A DNA stretch of 64,000 bases, from positions 250,048,001 through 250,112,000 of the forward strand of contig NC_086097.1 of assembly GCF_963921235.1 (NCBI RefSeq), written 5' to 3'. This document shows, in pieces, positions 1 to 10,627 of the stretch. The DNA is from Mobula hypostoma. Lineage: Eukaryota. The notes below the pieces were generated by a model that was not told where the DNA came from, searched no databases, and worked only from the letters and a program-made list of their open reading frames with translations. Made by a program: the position numbers and the translations under genes. Position 1 is the first letter of the stretch, and each line of letters starts with the position of its first letter.

Positions 1-379
1 CCTTTCTTCGCCCAGCCCCTGGCATGGGGGTTCTTCCTCGTAATGGTGATTCTCTGGAAGGAGATATCTCTGATTGCACAATTGAAGTGTCCACTCTTAT
101 GTTCATTCCTTATCAATTCAATTCAAATGTAACATTCCAGTGTCATTGGATATACGTCACCTGATTGACCCTTAAAATCTTTTTATTGGCTCTGGTCCAC
201 GGCTACAACCCACATTGTTCTATGGTTTCTGCCCCCCAGCCTTGTGCCTTTGTTCTTATCAACTCTGATTGGTCCAAACCAGTCGAACTAGGCGACTTAG
301 TCTAACTGAGTCTAACGAGATTACAGATTGCTTCTTCGGTAGGTCTGGCACTTTTCATAATAAATAGCTACTCATCTGA

Positions 380-1137
380 GGCTACGTCCACACTAGACCG
401 GATAAATCCATAACCAAAGCTTTTTCCACACTGAAACACCGTTTTCCTCCCCCGAAAATGGAGCTTTACTAAAACATTCTCCAGAGTGTTTAAATCTGAA
501 ATGCCGGTTGGGTGTTGTAGTGTGTACGGGATAACCGGAGGTTTTAAAAAACCTGTCATCCTTTCATCGGTGAAGAGACTATGGCTGTAGGAAATGTTTC
601 CAGGGTGACCCCTCTGTGGGAGTGGGGAAGACGTTGGTGGGGCCACCCGGGGGTCTGGGGGTCTGTGTGTCCGTATGTGTAGCTGTTGTAGTGGCTGTGA
701 GGCTGGTATTGTAGCGGTGAAAAGTTCTGAGGGGGAGCCATCATATTCCTCATCATTGCAAATTCCTCTGCAACAGAGTTAGCCAGTTTTTCAATGTTCG
801 TCGTCAGCCGTGAACTCCCTGTCGGTTGCCTCCATACACTCCAGTATTTGTTTTTTTAGTTTTAAGTCCTGCGCGAGAGCCAACAGCTGTTCGTCGTTTG
901 GCAACTTCCTTTGAAGTTTTTCTAGTCTGTAACTGGACAAACGCGCAGCAAGTATACCGTTCCCTCTTCGCTTGTTTTCTGTAGATGTGTCCTACGCATG
1001 CCCAGTAGGAGGAGATTCGCCCAAATACCCGTTTTGATGTGGACGGAGGTATTTTCAAAAATGCCTGGTGTAGATGCCTATCGTTTTTACACGAAACTGG
1101 CGTTTTCAAAATTATCCGGTCTAGTGTGGACTTAGCC
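380..1137 (-). mobile_element. Non-autonomous PIF/Harbinger-like DNA transposon
   Basis: 26-bp TIRs GGCTACGTCCACACTAGACCGGATAA (380-405) and TTATCCGGTCTAGTGTGGACTTAGCC (1112-1137), one mismatch; 3-bp flanks TGA/TGG; internal minus-strand peptide remnant. Confidence 0.75.
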
Positions 1138-1804
1138 TGGAATAGTCTCAGGTTTTGCAGGTCGTTACCTGAAGATCCTTGTGTTCACATTCAATTGCTC
1201 TGATTAGATTATCCCAGAGCAAGAATCAATTTAGTGTCTGCAAGGTGGTGGGGGGAGGGGTGGTAAAGCTGCAAGTACAATCTCCCAAGCCACTGTCCTT
1301 GACCCATTAGAATTTGACGTTTTCTTCCATATTTTAAATCCTTCATGGCCAACAGGTAGCAGTTGAAAAAATTCACATATCCTTCAAGCAATTTTTCAAA
1401 TACATATGTACTAATTTTAAAACCATATGGACCAAAACAAATAATACGCACCTCTCCCATTCCACGCACATCTGCTCTCACCCCATCCTCCTGCCACCCC
1501 ACTAGGAATAGGGTTCCCCTTGTCCTAGCCTACCAGCCTCCGGGTCCAACATATAATTCTCCGTAACTTCTGCCACCTCCAACGGGATCCCACCACTAAG
1601 CACATCTTTCCCTCCCCACCTTTCTGCTTTCTGCAGGGATCACTCCCTATGCGACTCCCTTGTCCATTCGTACCCCCCATCCCTTCCCACCGATCTCCCT
1701 CCCGGCTCTTATCCTTGTAAGCGGAAGAAGTGCTACACATTCCTTTACACTTCCTCCCTCACGACCATTCAGAGCCCCAGACAGTCCTTCCAGGTGAGGC
1801 GACA

Positions 1805-2137
1805 AGATAATAAGAGGAATAGATAGAGTGGATAGCCAGCGCCTCTTCCCCAGGGCATCACTGCTCAATACAAGAGGACATGGCTTTAAGGTAAGGGGTG
1901 GAAAGTTGAAGGGGGATATTAGAGGAAGGTTTTTTACTCAGAGAGTGGTTGGTGTGTGGAATGCACTGCCTGAGTCAGTGGTGGAGGCAGATACACTAGT
2001 GAAGTTTAAGAGACTACTAGACAGGTATATGGAGGAATCTGAGGTGGGGGCTTATATGGGAGGCAGGGTTTGAGGGTCGGCACAGCATTGTGGGCCAAAG
2101 GGCCTGTACTGTGCTGTACTATTCTATGTTCTATGTT
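1805..2137 (+). mobile_element. 5'-truncated CR1-type LINE 3' end inserted in the PLE
   Basis: TRGHGFKVRGGKLKGDIRGRFFTQRVVGVWNALPESVVEA peptide, (ttctatg)n tail, GACA duplicated at 1801-1804 and 2138-2141. Confidence 0.85.
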
Positions 2138-2749
2138 GACACTTCACCTGTGAGTCGGCTGGGTGATATACTGCGTCCGGTGCTCCCGGTGTGGCCTTCT
2201 ATATATTGGCGAGACCCGATGCAGGCTGGGAGACAGTTTCGCTGAACACCTACGCTCTGTCCGCCAGAGAAAGCAGGATCTCCCAGTGGCCACACATTTT
2301 AATTCCACATCCCATTCCTATTCTGATATGGCTATCCACAGCCTCCTCTACTGTCAAGATGAAGCCACACTCAGGTTGGAGGAACAACACCTTATGTTCC
2401 GTCTGGGTAGCCTCCAACCTGATGGCATGAATATTGACTTCTCTAACTTCCGTTAATGCCCCACCTCCCCTTCACACCCCATCCCTTATTTATTTATTTA
2501 ATATATTCCTCTCCCCCCCCCACCTTTTTTCCACTCTCTTTTTTCTCCCTCTGTCCCTCTCACTATAACTCCTTGCCTGCTCTCCACCCTCCGGGCTCCC
2601 CTCCCCACTTCTCCTTCTCCCCAGGCTTCCCATCGCATGATCCTCTCCCTTCTCCAGCTCTTAGATCCACCCCTCCCCTCCTGTCTTCTATCATTTCGGA
2701 TCTCCCCCTCCCCCTCCCACTTTCAAATCTCTTACCATCTTTTTTCAGT

Positions 2750-2787
2750 TAGCCCTGACGAAGGGTCCCAGCCCGAAACGTGGACTG
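2750..2787 (+). ncRNA. Degenerate minimal type I hammerhead ribozyme motif at the PLE 3' terminal repeat
   Basis: CTGACGA (2755-2761), stem GGG...CCC, GAAA (2775-2778), CGTG (cleavage triplet mutated from GTC), GACTG. Confidence 0.65.
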
Positions 2788-2959
2788 TAATGTACCTCTT
2801 CGTATAGATGCTGCCTGGCCTGCTGCGTTCACCAGCAGTTTTTGTGTGTGTTGCTTGAATTTCCAGCATCTGCAGATCTCCTCATGTTTGAATATTATTT
2901 AGTTGTTCTTTGCACAAAGTTTATTTTAATAATAACATTTAATATCCTTTCTCTTTTAG

Positions 2960-3153
2960 TTTTCGGACAACTACTACCGTGCTGAACTAATTGATGCACT
3001 TTCCAATTCAGTAACACCTGCAATTAGCATTAATAACGAGGTTCGGACGTTAGATAATCTCAATCCTGATGTAAGATTGATTTTGGAGGAGATAACCAGA
3101 TTTCTAAACATGGAGAAGTTGCTACCAAGTTACAGAAATACAATAACTGTCAG
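2960..3153 (+). CDS. TAF2: TAF2 internal coding exon (FSDNYYRAELIDALSNSVTP...LLPSYRNTITVS)
   Basis: Acceptor ctcttttag|TTTTCG, donor GTCAG|gtattt; 194 nt, phase 0 to 2; translation closely matches recalled vertebrate TAF2 (FSDNYYRAEMIDALANSVTPAVSVNNEVRTLDNLNPDVRLILEEITRFLNMEKLLPSY). Confidence 0.96.
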
Positions 3154-3901
3154 GTATTTAATTGATAAACATCTACATGATATCAAGTGAATGGAGTTCT
3201 CGTATCTGAATATTTAAGTTTCAGCACTAAGTGAAAATTGTCTTTCATTTTCCCTTTAGTAAAGCTTTCTGAATATTTTCTGTTCTTTTCTTTCCTGCAT
3301 AATGAAGAATTCCATCATAATTATCAATGCAACAAATCACCGTATTTCCCAGTAGTCTTTATCAGTTATAGCATAATTGTGGATTAAGGGTATTTAAAGC
3401 CATGTTTTTTCAGTCTGTGACATTCATAGCGAGGTGCAATGTGTAATTTGCAACCCTGTTATTTAACATTTGCTCATATTTGAACAATGATTGTCAATGC
3501 AACTTTTTTGAAAGCAGTATTCACATTGCTACAGTGTTCACAATTTGTACTGTAGAAGGTGGCTACTTCATTTCTCTGTAAGTATTGGCTCTTCAGCCAG
3601 ACATCTTTTCATTTGCATTTCATATCCTGAAAATATCTGACCCGAACCAATACAGGCTCGTTCTTACGTTATGTGCAGTGTCGTATGACGTGGGCAATGA
3701 TTGTTCTTGGAAGATCTTTCAACAGAAGTGGTTTGCCTTTGCCTTCTTCTGGTAGTAGAGGCTAGTCTCTCAGAAACAATCAAACAATATAAGAAAATAC
3801 GAACTAACAGAAATTATGATGATGGAATTAAAACACAGTACTGGAAATACTCAGTTGGTCTGGTAGCATCTTTGGGGATAGAAATGGGTGATTTCAATAT
3901 A

Positions 3902-4060
3902 CTTATTTATTTATTGATTAAGATACAGTGCGGAATAGATCCTTCTGGCCCTTTAAACTGTGCCACCCAGCAATCCCCCGATTTAATCCCAGCCTAATCA
4001 CAGGACAATTTACAATGACCAATTAAACTACTAGCCCTCTAAGTCTTTGGACTGTGAGAG
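3902..4060 (-). mobile_element. 3' half of a tRNA-derived SINE (same family as 56480-56755)
   Basis: Reverse complement contains cacagtccaaagac...aattggtcattgtaaattgtcc...gggccagaagg, shared with the copy at 56480. Confidence 0.6.
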
Positions 4061-4371
4061 GCTTCAAGAGCATTCATCAATGGTGATTGGCCCGTGTACC
4101 TATGCTTTACTGGAGGAATTGGAGAATTTTTTTTCCTCTTTGTTTTCCTCTTTGTCCACTTTTATTCATTTTTAAAATGGTGAATCTTGGTAATGCGGAA
4201 ATTACCAAGCAGAAACAACATGCAAAGATAATTCCTTATAACACTGAATGTAATTTTTTGCAGTAGTGATTGAAACTGCCACTCTACATGTGTTGCTTGG
4301 TCTGGTTAGTATGCCTAAAAGTGTTTCTGAGCAAGTTTTCTTTTTTAAGACCATACCTCTACAATTTGCAG

Positions 4372-4511
4372 CTGCCTGAAAGCTATTCGTGTGCTTCAGA
4401 AGAACGGCCACATTCCCAGCGATCCATCACTCTTTAAGTCGTATGCAGAATACGGACACTTTGTCGATGTTCGCATGGCAGCTCTGGAAGCGGTTGTAGA
4501 TTATACACAAG
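4372..4511 (+). CDS. TAF2: TAF2 internal coding exon (CLKAIRVLQKNGHIPSDPSLFKSYAEYGHFVDVRMAALEAVVDYTQ)
   Basis: Acceptor tttgcag|, donor CAAG|gtatgt; 140 nt, phase 2 to 1, in frame with the previous exon; matches TAF2. Confidence 0.96.
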
Positions 4512-5229
4512 GTATGTTCTTATTCTGAATTTGTGCAAAACTTTCCATTCCTAGTGTAAAATATTGTAAAAATTAGATCATGAGTTGTTTTCAGTTATCA
4601 CAAGTGATTTTAGTGGTTAATTTTAGTATGTAACTCTTAATCTATGGTTGGTATAAACAAAAGATTGCATAGAAAACTAATTCTTCTTTTAAAACTTTTT
4701 TATATTTGTATAGTTTGTCTTTTGCACATTGGTTGTTTGTCCATCCTATTGGATGTGGTCTTTTATTGATGCTGTTGTGTTTCTTGGATTTACTGTGTAT
4801 GCCCACAAGGAAGCGAATCTCAGGGTTGTATACGATGACATGTATGTACTTTGATAATAAATTTACTTTGTTTCTTTCTTTTTAAATCTTTTTATTGAGT
4901 AAGTATACAAAAAAGGTAAGCCATATAAACATTAATACAATGTTAAAGTATAATAAAATTCCAAAAGATAACAATACCAAAAAGAAAATACTACAAACAA
5001 TGTAATTTAAGCATAAGAAAGCAAGATAACATAATAGTATACTAGATTTTATATATATCAATGGAAAAAAAAAGAAAAAAAAACCCCAAAAAAAAAACCC
5101 ACCGTGCAACTAACTAAAAGCAAAGCAAAGCAATGGGCTAACTTGAAACCAAACAGAGTTAAACTTAAAATCACGTCCTCAATCCCGACCTCCATTAAAA
5201 CAGTGAAAAAAAAACAAGAAGGGTAAATA

Positions 5230-8200
5230 TTACATTAAATGAAAATATCGAATAAAAGGTCCCCAAATCTGTTCAAATTTAAATGAAGAATCATAAAGAT
5301 TACTTCTAATTTTCTCCAGATTCAAACATAAAATCGTCTGAGAAAACCAAAAAAAGGTAGTTGGAGCATTAAGCTCTTTCCAATGTTGTAAAATACATCT
5401 TTTCGCCATTAAAGTAAGAAATGCAATCATTCTACGGGCTGAAGGGGAAAGATTACTAGAAATTTTAGGTAGTCCAAAGATAGCAGTAATAGGGTGAGGA
5501 GAGATATCTATATTTAATACCTTAGAAATAATATTGAAAATATCTCTCCAAAAAGTTTCCAAAGTAGGGCAAGACCAAAACATATGAGTTAAAGAGGCTA
5601 TCTGCCCCGAACATCTATCACAGAAAGGATTAATATGCGAGTAAAAACGCGCTAACTTATCTTTGGACATATGTGCTCTATGAACCACTTTAAATTGAAT
5701 TAGGGAATGTTTAGCACAAATAGAGGAAGTATTAACTAATTGTAAAATCTGCCCCCAATCATCCACAGAAATGGTAAGCCCCAATTCCTGTTCCCAATCT
5801 ACCCTAATCTTATCAAATGGAGCTTTCCTAAGTTTCATAATAATATTATAAATCATAGCCGATGCACCTTTCTGACATGGATTAAGGTTAATTATCGAAT
5901 CTAAAATATATATAGGAGGAAGCATTGGAAAGGAAGAAAGTATAGTACTTAGGAAATTTCTAACTTGTAAATATCTAAAAAAATGTATTCTTGATAAGTT
6001 ATATTTATTAGATAATTGTTCAAAAGACATAAGGGAACCATCTAAAAATAAATCCAAAAACCGTAAAATACCCTTAGTCTTCCAAGTTTGAAAAGCGCGA
6101 TCCGTAAAAGAGGGAGGAAAAAATATGTTACCTAAAATAGGAATCGCTAACCCGAATTGATTAAGATCAAAAAATTTTCTGAATTGAAACCAAATGCGCA
6201 AAGCATATTTAACTATCGGGTTAGAGACCTGCTTAAGGCGTTTCGAATCAAAAGGAAGAGAGGAACCTAAAATAGAACCAAGTGTATAACCCTGAACAGA
6301 TTGTAATTCCAATGCTACCCATTTAGGAATAGATAGTATGTCCCGGTCAAGTAACCAAAATTTCATATGTCGAATATTAATAGCCCAATAATAAAATCTA
6401 AAGTTAGGTAATGCTAAACCTCCATCTCTCTTAGCTTTCTGTAAATGTATTTTACCCAGTCTCGGATTCTTATTCTGCCAAATAAATGAAGAAATTTTAG
6501 AGTCAACTTTATCAAAAAAAGATTTAGGAACGAAAATTGGTAATGCCTGAAACACATATAAAAATTTTGGCAAAAAAAACATCTTAACTGCATTAATACG
6601 ACCAATCAAAGTTAAATATAAGGGAAACCATTTAGATGAAAGTTGAGTAATATGGTCTATTAATGGTAAAAAGTTAGTCTTAAATAAATCTTTATGTTTA
6701 CAAGTAATTTTAATCCCAAGATATGAAAAGTAATTATTAATCAATTTAAATGGAAATTTATAATATAAGGGAAGATGTTTATTAATCGGAAAAAGTTCAC
6801 TCTTACTAAGATTTAATTTATAACCTGAGAAAAGACCAAATTGTGCTAATAACTCTAAAACAGCAGGAATGGATCTCTCAGGATTAGAAATATATAAAAG
6901 TAAATCATCAGCATAGAGTGATAATTTATGGGACTTTAATCCCCGAGTTATCCCAGTAATATTTAAAGATTCTCGAATAGCAATTGCAAGAGGTTCTAAT
7001 GCAATATCAAATAATAGGGGACTAAGAGGACAGCCTTGTCGAGTACCACGAAAGAGAGGAAAAAAAAGGTGAGTTTAAGGAGTTAGTACGAACCGAGGCT
7101 ACAGGGGAGTGATATAACAGTTTAATCCAGGATATAAATTTCAAGCTAAAATTAAACATTTCAAGCACCTTAAATAAATAAGGCCATTCTACTCTATCAA
7201 AAGCTTTCTCGGCATCTAAAGAAATAACACACTCAGGAACATTTTGTGAGGGAGTATAAACGATATTTAACAATGTACGAATATTATAAAAAGAGTAACG
7301 ACCTTTAATAAAACCCGTTTGGTCTTCCGAAATAATAGAAGGAAGTACTTTTTCTAGTCTATTTGCTAATAACTTAGAAAAAACTTTAGAATCAACATTT
7401 AATAAAGATATTGGTCTATAAGATGCACATTGAGCAGGGTCTTTATCCTTCTTTAGTATTAAAGAAATTGATGCTCTATTAAAAGATTCCGGAAGTTTAC
7501 CAAGTTTCAAAGAAGCCTCAAAAACCTTATAGAGCCAAGGAATCAATAAAGAAGCAAAACATTTATAAAATTCAACGGTAAACCCATCAGGGCCAGGAGC
7601 TTTCCCCAGATTCATAGAAAAAATAACATTCTTAATCTCATCCATTGTAATGGAAGTATCTAATAAAGAAGACATATCCTGTGAAATCTGAGGGAAGTCT
7701 AACTTATCTAAAAAATCATTCATATATTTAGAATCTCGAGGAGACTCTGATTGATATAAAGAAGAATAAAAATCACAAAAGGTTTGATTAATCCCCACAT
7801 GATCCAATATCAATCGATCATTTTGGTTATAAATCTGATTGATTTGAGATTTAACATAATTAGATTTCAATTGATTAGCCAGCAGCTTGCCAATTTTATC
7901 ACTGTGAACATAAAAATCACTTCTTGTTTTCTTTAATTGGTTTACAATCGAGGACGAGAGTAGTAAACTGTGTTCCATTTGAAGTTCAGTTCTTTGTTTG
8001 TATAGCTCCTCAGAAGGAGCCATAACATATTTCTTATCAATTTCTTTAATCTTGTCCACAATTGCCATCTCCTCCTGCTTCTGTTTCTTCCTCAAAGCAA
8101 CGGAATACGAAATAATCTGACCCCGAATATAGGCTTTAAAAGTGTCCCAAAGAGTGTTAACCGAAATATCTTCTGTATGGTTAATTGTAAAAAAAAGCTC

Positions 8201-9007
8201 AATCTGTTCATTCATAAAATTAACAAAGTCCGAGTCCTGAAGCAACAGCGAATTAAAACGCCATTGTCTATTGTTTGGTATATTGGCCATAATTTTAATA
8301 GAAAGCTTAAGTGGAGCATGATCCGAAATGGTTATAGAATCATAATCACATTTAATCACTGAAGGAATGAGACGAGAATCAATGAAAAAATAATCAATTC
8401 TTGAATAGGAATGATGAACATGTGAAAAAAAGGAAAAATCTTTTTCCTGAGGATGCAGAAAACGCCAAATGTCCGTCGACCCAGAATCAGAAAGGAAAAA
8501 ATTAATCAAATTTGCAGATTTATTAGGTAAAGTCCGTAAAGGAGCCGAACGGTCCAAAGCTGGAGATAAACAGGTATTAAGATCTCCGCCCCAAATCAAT
8601 GAAAACTCGTTCAAATTCGGAAACTGATCAAACAATGATTTATAAAATTCCGGACAATCCATATTAGGAGCATAAACATTAACCAAAACTACTTTTTTAT
8701 TAAATAGTAAACCACTAACCAATAAAAATCTACCATTCGGATCAGAGATAATATCCTGTTGTATAAAAGTAACTGAGGAGTCTATAAAAATAGAGACGCC
8801 TCGAATCTTAGCATTGGAGTTCGAATGAAATTGTTGTCCCTTCCAGAATTTGAAAAAACGTAGTCTGTCCCCCCTCCGTACATGGGTCTCTTGTAAAAAT
8901 AAAATTTGTGCTTTAAGTCTCCGGAACACTTTAAAAACTTTTTTCCTTTTAATAGGATGATTAAGACCATTAGTATTCCAGGAGACAAAATTAATAATAG
9001 ACTCCAT
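5230..9007 (-). CDS. L1 ORF2p (APE endonuclease + reverse transcriptase + C-terminal CCHC), single +1 frameshift in the homopolymer at 7060-7067
   Basis: Motifs SWNTNGL, LQETH, GGDLN, SRIDY, SDHAP, KAPGPDG, YRPISLLN, LDAEKAFDRV, GTRQGCPLSP, LYADD, YLGI and CDRC..HMFWSC; hand translation of 7059 down to 5230 is open. Confidence 0.92.
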
Positions 9008-9727
9008 AAATCCTAAAGTCAACCCATAACAAGGAGGATTGACAATAGGCGCGACCCACAAACCCGGAGAGGAAACAGAACATACAAAAGATACCAGGGA
9101 AAAGGACGCAACCAATACTTCAATAATGTATATAGCCCAAAGAGAAACAAACTAAAACGTGAAGCCCCTCCCACCACCCCCCACCCCAAGACCCCAAGGC
9201 GAAATCTAAAGCAGACCCGCCAGAAAGAAGCAAGCGCTAAAACTACCCCCATGACTTCCGGTATACGCTCCCTAAAAAAAAGGTATAAATATGAAAAGGA
9301 TCAGCTAATTGTAAAACAGTAAAAAAATAAGTAAAAAAAAGTTAGCTCAATTAAAATACACACAGAACAGAACAAAAGCCGGAAAGTATATATTAAAAAA
9401 AAACCACAATAAACCTCAAACTCATGAATAGACACAGCAACAAAAAAATAGGATTATTAACATAAAATGATTATAAAAAGCAAAACAGAATAAAATTTAA
9501 AAAAAAACTACAAAATTTAAGGCCGCACAGGAAATACGTAAGATGACAAAAGGGAAGTAACCACCCAGAATCCCCTGGGAAAAGAAAGAAATGACGCAGT
9601 TAAAAAGAAAGTTTAGCAGCCATATTAAGAAATCGAAAGTAAACTTTTCTGCCCAAATAGGGCACAGAAAAGTTAAAACCAACCAATTCACAGCCTCCGA
9701 TCAACGGAGAAAATTAAAAAAAGGCAA

Positions 9728-10627
9728 TTAAGATGTTGAAGATGAAAGTTGATCCAGATAACTCTGGGCATCCGATAGAGAATCAAAAAAACGAAGGGCT
9801 CCATCTAACATGCGAATCCTTAGACGTGCAGGGTACAGCAGCGCTGGTCTTAAATCCATCTTATAGAATTCCGACATCACGGATCTGTAACGGACCCGTT
9901 GGTCCCAGATTGGTTTACTGAAATCTTCCACGAATCGGAACTTAAGATCCGAAAAATCAATGAAACCTTTAGATCGAGCGAATCGAAACAGTCTCTCCTT
10001 GTCTTGAAAGTAATGAAAACGTAAGATAACATGCCTAGGTCTATCTGACCTAGACGAGTATGATGGGATTCTGTGAACACGATCCAGTAGCGGTGGTTGG
10101 TCAGGAAATACAGTAGGGAATGCATCTTTTAAAAGTTGGGAGAAATATTTCATAGGGTTGTTAGCTTCCACGGCTTCCCTGACGCCAATCATTCGTAAAT
10201 TCTGCCGTCGCATTCTAGATTCCAAGTCAGAGTTTTTAAAAGTCAAAAAGTCAAGTTTCTTCTTCATTACATTAATTGTTTCTTCGACTTTCCCCATCTT
10301 AAGCTCACTTTGTTGCGCGGATTTTTGAAGATCAGATATAGCCGACTGATGTTCCGCAATACATGTTTGCATCTTATCAATTAAATTGGCAATTTTCTGG
10401 AACTTAGTTGAGATTTCCGTATGAATCAGGTCTTTAACAAAGCCCATAATTTCTGTACGAATCATCTCCCTAACAGAGGTTGAAATTTCCCTCTGAATTA
10501 ACTCCGATATCGCTTTCAAAGTCACCGGTGATTCAGTCGGAGGGAGATCCGTAGCTTTCGGTTTAACCGGAGGTTTACCATCCTTGCCGTCTTTCCCGTT
10601 CTTAGACATAGCCGATCTCAGTATCAT
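9728..10627 (-). CDS. L1 ORF1p (coiled coil + RRM + CTD, Transposase_22-like), intact, 299 aa
   Basis: Motifs LESRMRRQNLRMIGVRE, LDRVHR, RPRHVILRFHYFQDKE and LLYPARLRI, typical of fish-type L1 ORF1. Confidence 0.9.
   Translation of the reverse strand: MILRSAMSKNGKDGKDGKPPVKPKATDLPPTESPVTLKAISELIQREISTSVREMIRTEIMGFVKDLIHTEISTKFQKIANLIDKMQTCIAEHQSAISDLQKSAQQSELKMGKVEETINVMKKKLDFLTFKNSDLESRMRRQNLRMIGVREAVEANNPMKYFSQLLKDAFPTVFPDQPPLLDRVHRIPSYSSRSDRPRHVILRFHYFQDKERLFRFARSKGFIDFSDLKFRFVEDFSKPIWDQRVRYRSVMSEFYKMDLRPALLYPARLRIRMLDGALRFFDSLSDAQSYLDQLSSSTS

Larger units (their letters stand above)
1450..2890 (+). mobile_element. Penelope-like retroelement 3' fragment (RT C-terminus, Cys-rich linker, GIY-YIG endonuclease, terminal repeat), interrupted by a CR1 tail
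   Basis: Translation RVPLVLAY...PCKRKKCYT...FQVRRHFTCESAGVIYCVRCSRCGLLYIGETR...FAEHL...VATHFN...EEQHLMFRLGSLQPDGMN is a PLE GIY-YIG domain; the Cys linker suggests the Neptune type. Confidence 0.85.

Noticed and set aside
1..370. Possible LTR-like sequence at the window start
   Set aside because: Cut by the window edge; no termini or TSD could be verified.
9008..9115. N-terminal extension of L1 ORF2 in the ORF track (start 9115)
   Set aside because: It depends on a non-ATG start; the APE domain begins at Met 9007 (MESIINFVSWN).
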